The position numbers and the translations under genes were made by a program. Under the pieces are notes generated by a model, which did not search any database, was not told where the DNA came from, and saw nothing but the letters and a program-made list of their open reading frames with translations. A DNA stretch of 64,000 nucleotides from a virus: IMG/VR virus record IMGVR_UViG_3300030098_003955. One strand, 5' to 3'. This document shows positions 27,016-37,890 of the stretch, piece after piece; the first letter of the stretch is position 1, and every line of letters begins with the position of its first letter.

Positions 27016-29067
27016 CTATATAATCCCTCTAGTTGGGTAATCATCATTCGGTCCACAATCTTCTGGAGTTACATATCCTTGAGCGAAGAATTTCCTAGTA
27101 CAAGCTGCCATCTCTCCTTGTTCGCAACCTGCGTGGGTAATGATGTCCATTCCAAAGAACTCACCCTGTAGTATAACATGCACTGGTATTATCTCTTTAA
27201 CGGTAACTGGGTTTCCAGCAGGGAATCCATTCCTTATATGAGATCCTTGCATGTCAGACTTTACATACTCAAAAATAACTCTTCTGCCAGTGTCATAGCT
27301 AAAGAAGTTATCACCTAAGTTTAACCCTTGACCTAGTGGGTTTTCTATAAATATTTTTTGATACAAAGTTGACATAGCGGCGTCAGAAAATCTTCCTGCT
27401 TCTACCTTGTGAGAGAGCTGCTCTACCTTGCTTTTTAGTTTCTGGTCAGAGTATGCTCCTCCCATTCCATGGCAAGGGTCTCCCATTCTTCTAGCGTAAG
27501 GAGAGCCGTTTGATGTTTTTCTGAACTTGTCACCACAATCACTGTAATCTCCACCAGCAACATAATGGTCTACAGACCTAAGTATTACTGCGTCATAAAA
27601 AGGAACACAGTTATTCCTAAAGTCTGTACAGTTTACATATGGGTTACCATTACCATCTTCCTTTACCTGACAGTTTCCTCCCCAGTCAATATCTTCAGGA
27701 TCGTAGATTTCTATATCAGGATAGTGAGGACTTCTCGCAAAGTAGACGCTAAACTCACAAGGCTCGTTTGGACATACATTTCTATAAAGCCTTCCGGGAT
27801 TATTGATATTACCTCCAACCCCTAAGTTGAAAGAGTTCTTGCCATCAGGCCCAGCTTTGGGAAGTATACACTTAGTTGCTTTTGACAGGTAAACTCCATT
27901 ATGCCTACCACCAACCCAAACTTTTCTTTCTCTGTCCCATCTCAAGTCGATTGGTCCGGTCTTCCACTTATCAGTCCTTCTGAGGTGACCATTCAAAAAG
28001 TGTTGCTTTGTCGTGTTTGGGATTTTACTTGGGAATGTTTGCTCGGCGATGCAAACTTCACTACTTGTACCTTTGTCTTTTAATGTATAGGTTACGGTTG
28101 AGCCATCGCTAAGAACATAGACCTTGGAGCCATCAGCATCTACGTGCTCACTATCAACAGTTGATGACCAAGTAGAAACATCAAATCCAGTTCCTGCCGG
28201 ATCGCAGCTAGCGGCTCCCGGAAATTTTTGGGAAAACATAATTGTCTTCCCGTATCGTCTACTGTGAGGGTCGCCTACCCTTAAGTCTGACTCTAGTTTG
28301 GCGTTTGGTACAGGCAGTCCTTCTAGGTCAAAGCCCCAGCCAGACATAACCATAGGACCTCTAAAGGCAACAGGCCTAGCAGGGGAATCAGCCTTTATTG
28401 TAGTAGAACCAAACTTTGGAAGTGACGGAGACTGGTTTTTAGTTTTTTGCGTGGCTACTTCTTTAGGGTCGTTGCCAGCTAAGCTCATTTCAATTGTAGA
28501 GCCAATAACGTATGGATTTAGTACTGCACTACTAGGTAATCCACTTCCCTGAACCATAAAGCTAGAAAAAGATTTAGTAGCATCTGCATTATTAACATAA
28601 GCAAAAGGTGTTTCAAATGAAGGAAACCTTAAATCTGTCTCCTTGTCTTTACCGCCTTCAGAGTTGAATATCTCCCCAGATAAAGTTCTTATTTTGAATC
28701 CGGCAGATATCGGTATAAATATAGAGTCTAGGGTGGCAGAAGCGCCTTGGTTGTAGTCTTTGTTTTGTAAGTAATTCTGCTCTTCTGGGTTCGCGCTTTG
28801 CGCCGCTTTATTAGCCGGAAAAAAAGTACTAAGCTGATCTTTTGTGGTTGTACCTACACTGTACTCCGCCATTAAGATAGGAACAGACGTTCCCATAAAT
28901 GTAAGAACGCTAGCACCATCTGCCTTTGTTTGTGTAGGAAGTCCTGTCATCCCAGCGTTCAAAATGACTGGCGATGGTCTATAGTTAGCAGCTAAGACCA
29001 CATGCGAAACATTTGACTGACTGGCATGTGTCTTCTTATGCTGTTCTACTTTGTGTATATTAGCCAT
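27016..29067 (-). CDS. Putative tail-tip protein with a Cys-containing C-terminal half
   Basis: 683 aa, coupled to the 2123-aa gene; RGPMVMSGWGFD...GPIDLRWD...W; position in the tail-tip block. Confidence 0.65.
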   Translation of the reverse strand: MANIHKVEQHKKTHASQSNVSHVVLAANYRPSPVILNAGMTGLPTQTKADGASVLTFMGTSVPILMAEYSVGTTTKDQLSTFFPANKAAQSANPEEQNYLQNKDYNQGASATLDSIFIPISAGFKIRTLSGEIFNSEGGKDKETDLRFPSFETPFAYVNNADATKSFSSFMVQGSGLPSSAVLNPYVIGSTIEMSLAGNDPKEVATQKTKNQSPSLPKFGSTTIKADSPARPVAFRGPMVMSGWGFDLEGLPVPNAKLESDLRVGDPHSRRYGKTIMFSQKFPGAASCDPAGTGFDVSTWSSTVDSEHVDADGSKVYVLSDGSTVTYTLKDKGTSSEVCIAEQTFPSKIPNTTKQHFLNGHLRRTDKWKTGPIDLRWDRERKVWVGGRHNGVYLSKATKCILPKAGPDGKNSFNLGVGGNINNPGRLYRNVCPNEPCEFSVYFARSPHYPDIEIYDPEDIDWGGNCQVKEDGNGNPYVNCTDFRNNCVPFYDAVILRSVDHYVAGGDYSDCGDKFRKTSNGSPYARRMGDPCHGMGGAYSDQKLKSKVEQLSHKVEAGRFSDAAMSTLYQKIFIENPLGQGLNLGDNFFSYDTGRRVIFEYVKSDMQGSHIRNGFPAGNPVTVKEIIPVHVILQGEFFGMDIITHAGCEQGEMAACTRKFFAQGYVTPEDCGPNDDYPTRGII

Positions 29068-32000
29068 TGTCTTGTCTCAAGCTTCTTGGGTCTGGAAGCC
29101 TGCTTTTCTTAATTGAATCTGCTTGCTTCTTTTTCATTTCAATCATTGTCTTCTGTATTCTTCTAAGTCTCTTTTCTTGCCTAGAATTATCACCAAACCT
29201 TATTTCTCTGGAAAGGCTATAAGTGGTTTTCATCCCAGCATCTCCAATGTCAACAGACATGTCGGTTATGTATGGGCCGTACTTAGGACTTGAGGTATTT
29301 AATCCAAATTGGATAGGTTTTCCGGGTTGGTATTTAGGTAGACCTGCCAAGGTGACGTTTCCACTTTCATTTTGGTCTATACCAACAGTGTCAAAGTAGA
29401 CTTTTGCTTTCCCAGAAGAATTCAAAATAACTTCAGATCCAAATGCTCCCGGATGATAACTTTCGTCTATGCTGACTTCTGCCTTTCCATAGCCTTGATT
29501 TATAGCCCAAGGTCCCCATCTAACTCTATTGGAAACTTGAGGAACAGCCGCTGCCCAAGGTTTAAATCTAGCAGCTACTAAGCTAGACTTTTCTTGCTCT
29601 GCGTCGGCTAATACTTGTCCTACATTAGGAACATTTGAGTTCAATGATGTTAATGCTAAGTATTCCAACTTTGGTCCAAGCAATGATGCAGGGCCATCAA
29701 TAGCCCCTAAGTGAACGCAATAAGACAACGTATTCAAAGGAGCAGTTAGTTCGGGATTTGATATTGGCGGGGCTATTGCGTTTGGGCCAACAGCATACTC
29801 AGAAGCCTGTGGTGAGTGATAACTTACGTTGAAGTCTAGAGCACCAAGAGCTGGGATTTCTATTTCTTTAACAGCCCCAACGTCTGGAGATACATACTCA
29901 ACAGGATTGTCTACATTTATTAAGGCGTAAGGCCTTAGTTTAGCGCACCTTACCTCATCAGTATCAACGCAGTCTACCCTAACGCTGACTTTCCTCTTTT
30001 TAGGAGCTGCGGTATCCCAGTTATAACCAGAGGCACACTCATTTGTATTAGGGTCTGGTTTTGTTGTTTTCGCAGCATCTTTCGGCAAGTTTGAATTGTC
30101 ATCTTTAACACAACTCTTAAAGCAGTGATTTCCATCACCTTCAATAAGTGAATCCGCATCCTTTTTGTCTAGCACACACCTTCCTCTGTATTCTTCAGCA
30201 TGGTGTATTTCCCAGTCTGGAACATCATAAAGCCAATAGACTTTATCGGACACATTTGCCTTCACAAAGGTCTTACCATAAGTAGGAAAGCCTCTTTCGT
30301 CTGAATACTCAGCCGTCATTGAGTGATGTGTGGTATGAATCTTTTCAGGGGTTACGTTTTGGAAGTTTAGCGGTTCTAATTTTTGAGAAAGGATGTATTT
30401 TATTTTCGTGGGATATACCACGAACGGCATCAAGTTTCCTTCCCCTGTAAAGAAGTTTATGTTCTGTGGATATCTTGTATTGGTAGTATCATTATCAAAC
30501 CTAACCTCGCAAGGCCATCCGTCATTCGCTATACTCCACTTATCTTCAAAGCTATTTGCCGACTCAGGTATAGGTCTCACCCAGTTTGACATCACATTGT
30601 CATACGGCAATGGCATTAAGTAATGAGTCCCATAAAATTTAGAAGCCACTTCATTTATTAGACGAAAAGCAGTGTCTTTCTGCCACCTAATTTTGTCTTC
30701 TGGCTTTAGAGTAAAGGTCACAGGAGCGCACGGATCTCCGTTTGCCTCTGTCGAGTTTTGAGACATCGCCTCTGCTTTTGCGAACGCCTCTTCGCTATAC
30801 GGACCCATAGTCAATGCGTCCATAGCATCGTGTTCTAGCTCTGTATTAGTATTGTTTTCATTTGCGTCATCAGGCCATCCCATGTATGAGGCAAGGTGAT
30901 TGTCGATGTTTCTTATGAACTTCATCCATTGTTCTTGGCCACTAGCAGCAGCCCTAAGCTCTGAAACAGTCGCGTAATAGAACCTGCGGAAGTCTCCATT
31001 ACCACCTGAGAATACTTTCTTAAATTGGAATGGGTCAGTTAAGGCTGCGGTCTTTGGAACTGGGTCGCCTATGTTTGCCCCTTTGTTTTCTAGCAAGGCC
31101 TTGCAAGCGACTGGATCTCTAGAAGTTCTCCAGTCTCCGTATTCACACCGATCATTGTCAGGGTCATATACTACGCAGTCATGCGGTTGTTCTGTCGTTT
31201 TAGAAACACACTTAAACGTTGCGGGATTAAAAGGACCTCCGTCATACCCAATTTCTGACAAGTCGATTGGTATCGTGGCTGTTATTGGTTTGACTGTAGG
31301 CTGTGCAAAATCGTCTACAAGACCACCTTCGTTGTAACATCTTAGAGGATCATCATCCGAGTATTCAAAAGTATCGTCTGGATTCAGTGGGTCTAGAGAT
31401 AGGTCTACACATCCTTTTTGTCTTTTTGCGTATGTGACACCTACACTAAATACTTCAGCAACTTTCTTGGCATAGTTATCGCTTGCCAACTGAGCTGCGT
31501 CTGCCGCGATCCCAAGAACGCCACCTACACCAATTTCCGAAAGAGGTCTTTTAGCTTCTCTTTGTAGATTTTCAAGAGCTCTCCAGTCGAGAACTTCATA
31601 GTCACCTCCGACAAAGAAGTTTGCTGGCTTGTCGAGTGCAGGAAATGGACCTTTTGGCAAATTTGCATCAACAGGACGAAGCGGCATGTTAAGAGGCATA
31701 TCCTGATAAAATGCTTTCATCGCGCCTATGCTCTTGAACTTCCTACAGAAAATAGAGCTTTGCCCTAAGAACTTTCTGACGTTATCTACTATGCCCATCT
31801 GAGAACCGCCCAAATCTAACTCAGTTGCATGAGAAGGTTTAGAAACACTCTGCACAGCAAAAGATCCGGGATTTAGGACAACCGTAGCTTCACTATCTGA
31901 AGACTCTTTTACAAGAACGCCACCTTCTTGCTTCCAGCATATTTCGGAGTTGTCTCCGGGCTCTTTAGCACTTAGGTGCTCCCAAGGATGAAGCCTCGTG

Positions 32001-35000
32001 CTATTGAAGGCGTGATAGATGTTGTCCTTCTCTATAACGATTAGCTTAGTAAACGAAGCTTCTGATTGAACTTTATTGAACTTAGCAAACTCTTCTTCTC
32101 TACTTGGATCACATCCACCACCATTAGGATTGATATATATGGTAGATATGTCACCTTTTCTAAATGCGAGCTGTCCTGCTTGACTTGCTCCAATTGCAGG
32201 AATGTCTTTGTCAAATCTAACAACGCAAACAGGCTGGTTGTTTAGAGGATCTGGCTGCTTGGTAGTTGCGGGACATTCGCCATTATCGTTGCTAGGATTT
32301 CCGGGCTGGATTGCTGAAAAACCAAAGAGTCTTCTTCCCGGACCAAATCTCTTCAATGGATCTTTTAATAAGTTTGCCTCAAATGGGGTAAGGTCTACAG
32401 CCCTCTTAGCGTCGGGATTGTTTGGATCTTTTTCTAAAAGAGCGCAAGCTACGGTGACGGTATCTCTATCAATACATGCATAGTTTCTGCAAGCAACAGC
32501 TTGAGAATTATAATATGCCTTATTACTAGTCAGCCCTTCGTCATTAAAATAAGAGCCGGGAACTATCAGTCCACCGTTTACGCCAAATACATTTTCGTTC
32601 CTAATGTCTTTATCGTAATCTCTATAAGGATCATCATCATCGAACAATCCTTTAATAGGATTTCCTTGGACTTCAACCTTTACTTGGTTCAAGCCTTCTG
32701 TACAAACACCATACTTCAAACAAGTTTCGCCAGTGTCGTCCCACTGAGCACAACCCTTGTCGTCCCATATACAATCCAGAGACGCTTGGCATTGGTTTTC
32801 GTTTTTAGTGCCGCATAGACTAGAAGCAGACCTCTTGTTGTATCCCCACATTGGATACAGGTCTATAATGTTATCGCCAAGAACTGAGTATCTTGTTGTT
32901 TCTAACTCTATGTTTGCAATGTCATCAACCTTGGATAGATTCCATAGCAGGTCTCCAGCACTCCTGCCAGTCACAGGAACTCCATCATTACAGTCGATAC
33001 CTTCATTGAACTCACATCCTCCAGTATGGTCTACACACAGGTTGAACAAAGATCCAAATTCCGCGCTCGACTTCATGTCATTTAGAGAATATGAATAAAT
33101 TTCTCCCAGATCTCCCTGATTTTGAAACTGTCTAGTAAAGTTTAGCCCATTGTAAGGAGCTTGACAATTTGTGTCGGTGGTTACGTTGTAGTACCCCTGT
33201 TGCACTAATTTCTTGGGTTCTCCAGCGGCATTTTTGTTTATATTCTTGTCAAAGGTTTTCTTGCCTTCAGGACCTCCTAAAGAAACAGAGTTAAACATGT
33301 ATGGAGTAGGTACGAGCTTTACGTTTTCTACTTTGGATTGATCCTGAGTTTCATCTTCATTGCTACTTTTTTCTATAATCGTAACCGTATGAAGGTTTAA
33401 TTTTAGATTGCTATACTTATCTGTATTGTAAGAATCTGCACTTATGATCGGTGCGACTGTCGGATTTGCTTCCCATATCTCTTCTCCATCTGCTAGATTG
33501 ACTAGATTAGCGGGAATGGGGTCTGGCTGAAATCCAACAATCCTATTAAATACAGATGGAAGGTCGTCGATTGGTCTTCCGTAAAGCTGAGTACCATCTG
33601 TGTCTGTCGGCTCTACAAGATAGCCATTGTATGTATCGCCATACTTTCTATTTTCTTTCCATATACCAGCACGTCCGTCGATTACGTTACCGCCCAGAGG
33701 TGTAACTCCAACGACTCTCGTTCTATGGCTCCCAAATAACATTTTGCTTTGGGTAGGATTGGCAAAATCAAAACCTATACTTGCGTCAGAAACAGAATTA
33801 AACCAAGGATTTTGATTTGCGGCAGATGTATTTGCTCCAGAAGAAATACTTACAGACTCTTCTATGACATCTCTAATCAAGCCTTCTGTTAAAGGTCTTC
33901 TTCTAGATATTAGATCTATCTTTATAATCCCAGAGTAAGGGCTATCAACAGGAGCCTCTACCATATTTACTATGAAGTCAGCACCAGCAGCTTCGCAGAC
34001 TTCTTGTATTAAAGACAGCAAACTCATTTGACTACCGTCAACTCTGAAATCGCTACTTAGATCCCCTTGCCTCCCAGCTCCAAAATTATCATACAATGTA
34101 TATAAAGAAGTAAGGTCTACTGCATATCTATGGGCGTCATGTTCTCCCGGCTGTGTAGCTCCATATCCTCTAGCCCATTCTCTTAAGTCTGGACCCCAGT
34201 AAACAGGGCCGCCAAAAGGCTCTCCAAAACCGATATACTTGTTATCTTGTACTATCCTTCCAGTTACTGGATGAATAGCATAACCCAACATCATGGTAAG
34301 GGCTGGCAAAATACCAAACTCATGCTCTAGATTGTAAAATGTTTTTCTTTTTCTGGGGTTTGGATCGTACCATTGCATTCCGGCCTCGTTAGTCTCGGCG
34401 GAACCAAACTGATTTTTTTCATAATATCCATAGACATTAAGAACATTATAAGCACCAAGATATCCGCCCTTTTGCCCTTGCGGAAAAGTGACAGCTGGAG
34501 TGCTTCCAACAACTCCGGGAGCTTGAGGGTCAGAAAATTTTCTTATGAAAGGATCATGTATATACGGAAAGTCTGCTGGAGCCACATTTCTGTCATCGTC
34601 AGAAAGTATGACTATTACATTCTCCAGTATTGTTCTTGGGTCTTCTAGAGTAACACTAAAGGTTTCTCCGCTAGTACCCATCGACTTAGAAACACTCTTT
34701 ACTATTCCGTTGAACTCTAGAACTTTTTCTATTTTATAGTCATTCCAGTCATCACACTGATTGGGATGTGGTGGGGATGCGGTTGGCTTAATAGGGGCTG
34801 GAACGCAATCAGGGTTTTCTGGGTGATTTGCTCCGGGAGCCTGAGCATAATATTTGAAGTATGCAGGACTTCCAACTCTAGGTGAATAAAAGACATCCCC
34901 ATTAGGATATCTCATATGTTTATAGGTTGCAGATTCTTCATCTAGGTTCCGAAGGCTTGTAGGAAACTGGCGTTTCGATGTTCTGGTCTGTTTTCCTTCT

Positions 35001-35431
35001 TGATCTACGGGAGCTCCACGATCAGTGTCGTAAAAATTTATAACTGGAGAAGCTTTTATATCCCAGCTATGATAACCTTCAGAAACAGCTCCTGCGTATT
35101 GCAAAGACTCATAGTCATTGCCATTAGAGTCTGTTCTGGTAATTACAACTTTGGGAGCACCTAAAGGAGTATTAAATTTATTGTCTGGGTCATCCTCATA
35201 CTGAGTACTTGCAGCATCAAGCGCGCTGATAGAATCAATCCAATTGCCTTTGGTGTCATACTCACCAGTAGCAGCACCTCTGATAAAGCCATCATCCTCA
35301 ACAAGATTTATGTTCATCGTTGTGGAATCAGAGTTATAACCAATACTAATATTGAAGCTGGTTATTGACGCTCCAAGGAACGTCTGTTGGAATGGTATAT
35401 AGTTTGGATGATTTCCGGGGTATGTAGACAT
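29060..35431 (-). CDS. Large putative tail hub / Tal-like protein
   Basis: 2123 aa. N-terminal QTFLGASITSFNISIG...MNINLVED, FNGIVKS...VTLEDPR, MSLLSLIQEVCEAAG and C-terminal GNVTLAGLP...ITDMSVDIG...TTYSL resemble hub-protein architecture; Cys-rich inserts. Confidence 0.65.
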   Translation of the reverse strand: MSTYPGNHPNYIPFQQTFLGASITSFNISIGYNSDSTTMNINLVEDDGFIRGAATGEYDTKGNWIDSISALDAASTQYEDDPDNKFNTPLGAPKVVITRTDSNGNDYESLQYAGAVSEGYHSWDIKASPVINFYDTDRGAPVDQEGKQTRTSKRQFPTSLRNLDEESATYKHMRYPNGDVFYSPRVGSPAYFKYYAQAPGANHPENPDCVPAPIKPTASPPHPNQCDDWNDYKIEKVLEFNGIVKSVSKSMGTSGETFSVTLEDPRTILENVIVILSDDDRNVAPADFPYIHDPFIRKFSDPQAPGVVGSTPAVTFPQGQKGGYLGAYNVLNVYGYYEKNQFGSAETNEAGMQWYDPNPRKRKTFYNLEHEFGILPALTMMLGYAIHPVTGRIVQDNKYIGFGEPFGGPVYWGPDLREWARGYGATQPGEHDAHRYAVDLTSLYTLYDNFGAGRQGDLSSDFRVDGSQMSLLSLIQEVCEAAGADFIVNMVEAPVDSPYSGIIKIDLISRRRPLTEGLIRDVIEESVSISSGANTSAANQNPWFNSVSDASIGFDFANPTQSKMLFGSHRTRVVGVTPLGGNVIDGRAGIWKENRKYGDTYNGYLVEPTDTDGTQLYGRPIDDLPSVFNRIVGFQPDPIPANLVNLADGEEIWEANPTVAPIISADSYNTDKYSNLKLNLHTVTIIEKSSNEDETQDQSKVENVKLVPTPYMFNSVSLGGPEGKKTFDKNINKNAAGEPKKLVQQGYYNVTTDTNCQAPYNGLNFTRQFQNQGDLGEIYSYSLNDMKSSAEFGSLFNLCVDHTGGCEFNEGIDCNDGVPVTGRSAGDLLWNLSKVDDIANIELETTRYSVLGDNIIDLYPMWGYNKRSASSLCGTKNENQCQASLDCIWDDKGCAQWDDTGETCLKYGVCTEGLNQVKVEVQGNPIKGLFDDDDPYRDYDKDIRNENVFGVNGGLIVPGSYFNDEGLTSNKAYYNSQAVACRNYACIDRDTVTVACALLEKDPNNPDAKRAVDLTPFEANLLKDPLKRFGPGRRLFGFSAIQPGNPSNDNGECPATTKQPDPLNNQPVCVVRFDKDIPAIGASQAGQLAFRKGDISTIYINPNGGGCDPSREEEFAKFNKVQSEASFTKLIVIEKDNIYHAFNSTRLHPWEHLSAKEPGDNSEICWKQEGGVLVKESSDSEATVVLNPGSFAVQSVSKPSHATELDLGGSQMGIVDNVRKFLGQSSIFCRKFKSIGAMKAFYQDMPLNMPLRPVDANLPKGPFPALDKPANFFVGGDYEVLDWRALENLQREAKRPLSEIGVGGVLGIAADAAQLASDNYAKKVAEVFSVGVTYAKRQKGCVDLSLDPLNPDDTFEYSDDDPLRCYNEGGLVDDFAQPTVKPITATIPIDLSEIGYDGGPFNPATFKCVSKTTEQPHDCVVYDPDNDRCEYGDWRTSRDPVACKALLENKGANIGDPVPKTAALTDPFQFKKVFSGGNGDFRRFYYATVSELRAAASGQEQWMKFIRNIDNHLASYMGWPDDANENNTNTELEHDAMDALTMGPYSEEAFAKAEAMSQNSTEANGDPCAPVTFTLKPEDKIRWQKDTAFRLINEVASKFYGTHYLMPLPYDNVMSNWVRPIPESANSFEDKWSIANDGWPCEVRFDNDTTNTRYPQNINFFTGEGNLMPFVVYPTKIKYILSQKLEPLNFQNVTPEKIHTTHHSMTAEYSDERGFPTYGKTFVKANVSDKVYWLYDVPDWEIHHAEEYRGRCVLDKKDADSLIEGDGNHCFKSCVKDDNSNLPKDAAKTTKPDPNTNECASGYNWDTAAPKKRKVSVRVDCVDTDEVRCAKLRPYALINVDNPVEYVSPDVGAVKEIEIPALGALDFNVSYHSPQASEYAVGPNAIAPPISNPELTAPLNTLSYCVHLGAIDGPASLLGPKLEYLALTSLNSNVPNVGQVLADAEQEKSSLVAARFKPWAAAVPQVSNRVRWGPWAINQGYGKAEVSIDESYHPGAFGSEVILNSSGKAKVYFDTVGIDQNESGNVTLAGLPKYQPGKPIQFGLNTSSPKYGPYITDMSVDIGDAGMKTTYSLSREIRFGDNSRQEKRLRRIQKTMIEMKKKQADSIKKSRLPDPRSLRQDNG

Positions 35432-37890
35432 TACCAGCTAGCCTTTCCTTCATCAAGAGGTGTGGTAGTATCATAGTCAGTGATAGGCTGATTAACCTGT
35501 CTTCTGATTGGTGTGTCACTAGCAGTATGCATTTTGACTGGGTACTGAAGCTGTGACATATTGCTATCATCGAGGTGTGTAACATCCATCTCGTATGTCC
35601 AGCTTATACTCCAAGACCACGATCCAGTCTTTGGATTCCAGCTTTCAGAAGGAGGATCGACATAATATTTACGCACGCCATTTTGGCCTTTAGGACTTAT
35701 GGCATCAATGATTCCCTTTATTTTACCAATCACATCTCCATTGTTTGATGGCTTAGAAACCATCATTTGAGAAAATGTGTTAGTGCCTTGCGTAAGATTT
35801 GTGCTTATGTCATGTATTCTATTGGCCTGAGTTGGGCCATAGCCAGCACGAGTACTAGCGTTTGTGCTTTTAATCGAGTTTGCAATTGTATTCTCAGTCA
35901 ATGCTTGATATCTCATGCCGACATCAACAGTGCAATCAATATTTAAAGTTCTTTTCCATTCGGTTTGAGTGCCGATGTTCTGTAGCACAGGACCAATTTT
36001 TCTACCAATGACTCCTTGAGATGCGTAAACATTTCCGGGATAGTTATCACTGATCGTTATATTTTCAGACCTAGTATTAGGTATTAAGTTCAAAGGTCTA
36101 TTATTAAACGAATAGTTGTAAGTGATTGTTCCAGTAGTTGGATTAGTAGCAACAGATTTTGAAATAGGCCTTGGGTTGAGTAGTATGTAACAACCTCCGC
36201 CATACTTGCCAATATTTCTAGCAGTCCTAACATTGTTAATATGATTAACGACACCAGAGCAGGCAATCTGATTAGCCATGTGCTGTGCTGTCAGATAGAG
36301 CTCTTGCTGTATCCCATTAAAATGAGATAATGCCTCTTCGTATTTTGAGTTTTTATAATTGTTGCCATCTATCCCTGCGTTTGTAAACTCGTTGTTCCTA
36401 AAATCAGCAGCAGACCCTTCTTGCAAATCTAGAGCGTCACTCACAATCGCATCTTGAGTGTGGGAAGGATTTCCAAAGTTGGTTGCAGTTGCGTCACCAT
36501 TATCTATAGCTGGATTTGCGTCAATGCCATCAATACCAGTCATAACAGGCTTGACTAAGCCTTGGACAGATCCATTTATAGAAACAGACACGAGACCATT
36601 ATCTTGTGATTCTTCAACACTTATATCAACAGTTTCGGTGACGTTTGATTGGTTTACACCGGAAGGAGCAAGTAAGTAACTCTCGGAAACCGAAAAGGCT
36701 CCTCCCATCTTGTCTACATTTTGACTTCTGCTATAGTTGAATACAGCATATCCCGAGGGAATACTTACCCCTTGAAGATCAATCTTGTTGTTTAATGGAT
36801 TAAGACCGTGACCAATAATATCAGTCACAAATCCACGAGCTTGTTCCCAAGCAGGGCTATCATATTTTTTAGCAAAGTTTTGAGCTTCTTTGCCTCTAAA
36901 ATTGACGCCACTAGCGGCAAGCCAATCCTCTCCTGCGTACTCATGGTCTGCGGAGCCAGTGCTGGGCTTTAAGAATCCCTCTGCTTGTGGCGTGTTGGTA
37001 AACTCAAACTTATTCTTACCAGTAGCACTTATTGATCTAGAAACAGTGAAAGTTTTATATGTTCTAGAAATGGTTTCTAGAGACGCTGTGTTTAAGTTGT
37101 TTGTAAGACTGGTGTCGGAGTCGTCTTGCTCTCTCCCAGTGTTTGCCGCATTTCCAAAGTTGACTCTTTCTATTACTACCTCAGAACCTTCGGAAATATC
37201 GTATGACTCAGAAGCTCCGGTGATAAGCCACTTGTTTGTAAAGTCATCCTGATCTATCAGCGCTCCGCTAGTCGGGCCAATCAAAAAGTCTGCTTCTAAG
37301 TTGATAGTGTATTGAGCTACATATGTGTTGCCTTCTGGATGTGCTGGCAAATCAACACTAACAATTCTCGGATAGCATTTAAAACCAGAGTTTCCACCCA
37401 TGCCATAGGCGTCAACGAGAAGCTCGCCACCTTCATTCTTTTTACTGAAGAGGTTGGCTATAGCCATTTGCTTTACTTGTAATGACTTATAGTACTGGTT
37501 TATGTTAGTTCCGGGCCCATCTTCCTTGTCAAGCCCTATTGCACCATTGTCCGCACTTGAGGCATCTGTTATTGTAGTAGTCCAATCTTGACTGTACTGG
37601 CCTCCATCATTCCCGTACTTAGTGGTGTTTGGCCTTTTCGAGTACTTAGATGCTTCAAACTTAATGTGTTTGGTTTCATCAACATCATTGTCTCCAGTCA
37701 GGGCGAAAGACCCATTAGACAAGGGAGAGCCATGGTTGGCGACCAATGTACCAGTTAGCGTAATGCTATATGTAATACCAATTATTTCGCCATTACCGGC
37801 TTTGATATAGTTTTTATTTAAATTTATAAAAGGACACGGCGTTATAAAAAATGGATTAGCCTGACCGTGTACGTGGTATGAAATAGGCAT
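35431..37890 (-). CDS. Putative distal tail / baseplate protein
   Basis: 819 aa rich in alternating beta-strand patterns (YSITLTGTL, TVSRSISATG, ITYNYSFN, WSWSISWTY); second gene after TMP. Confidence 0.6.
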   Translation of the reverse strand: MPISYHVHGQANPFFITPCPFINLNKNYIKAGNGEIIGITYSITLTGTLVANHGSPLSNGSFALTGDNDVDETKHIKFEASKYSKRPNTTKYGNDGGQYSQDWTTTITDASSADNGAIGLDKEDGPGTNINQYYKSLQVKQMAIANLFSKKNEGGELLVDAYGMGGNSGFKCYPRIVSVDLPAHPEGNTYVAQYTINLEADFLIGPTSGALIDQDDFTNKWLITGASESYDISEGSEVVIERVNFGNAANTGREQDDSDTSLTNNLNTASLETISRTYKTFTVSRSISATGKNKFEFTNTPQAEGFLKPSTGSADHEYAGEDWLAASGVNFRGKEAQNFAKKYDSPAWEQARGFVTDIIGHGLNPLNNKIDLQGVSIPSGYAVFNYSRSQNVDKMGGAFSVSESYLLAPSGVNQSNVTETVDISVEESQDNGLVSVSINGSVQGLVKPVMTGIDGIDANPAIDNGDATATNFGNPSHTQDAIVSDALDLQEGSAADFRNNEFTNAGIDGNNYKNSKYEEALSHFNGIQQELYLTAQHMANQIACSGVVNHINNVRTARNIGKYGGGCYILLNPRPISKSVATNPTTGTITYNYSFNNRPLNLIPNTRSENITISDNYPGNVYASQGVIGRKIGPVLQNIGTQTEWKRTLNIDCTVDVGMRYQALTENTIANSIKSTNASTRAGYGPTQANRIHDISTNLTQGTNTFSQMMVSKPSNNGDVIGKIKGIIDAISPKGQNGVRKYYVDPPSESWNPKTGSWSWSISWTYEMDVTHLDDSNMSQLQYPVKMHTASDTPIRRQVNQPITDYDTTTPLDEGKASW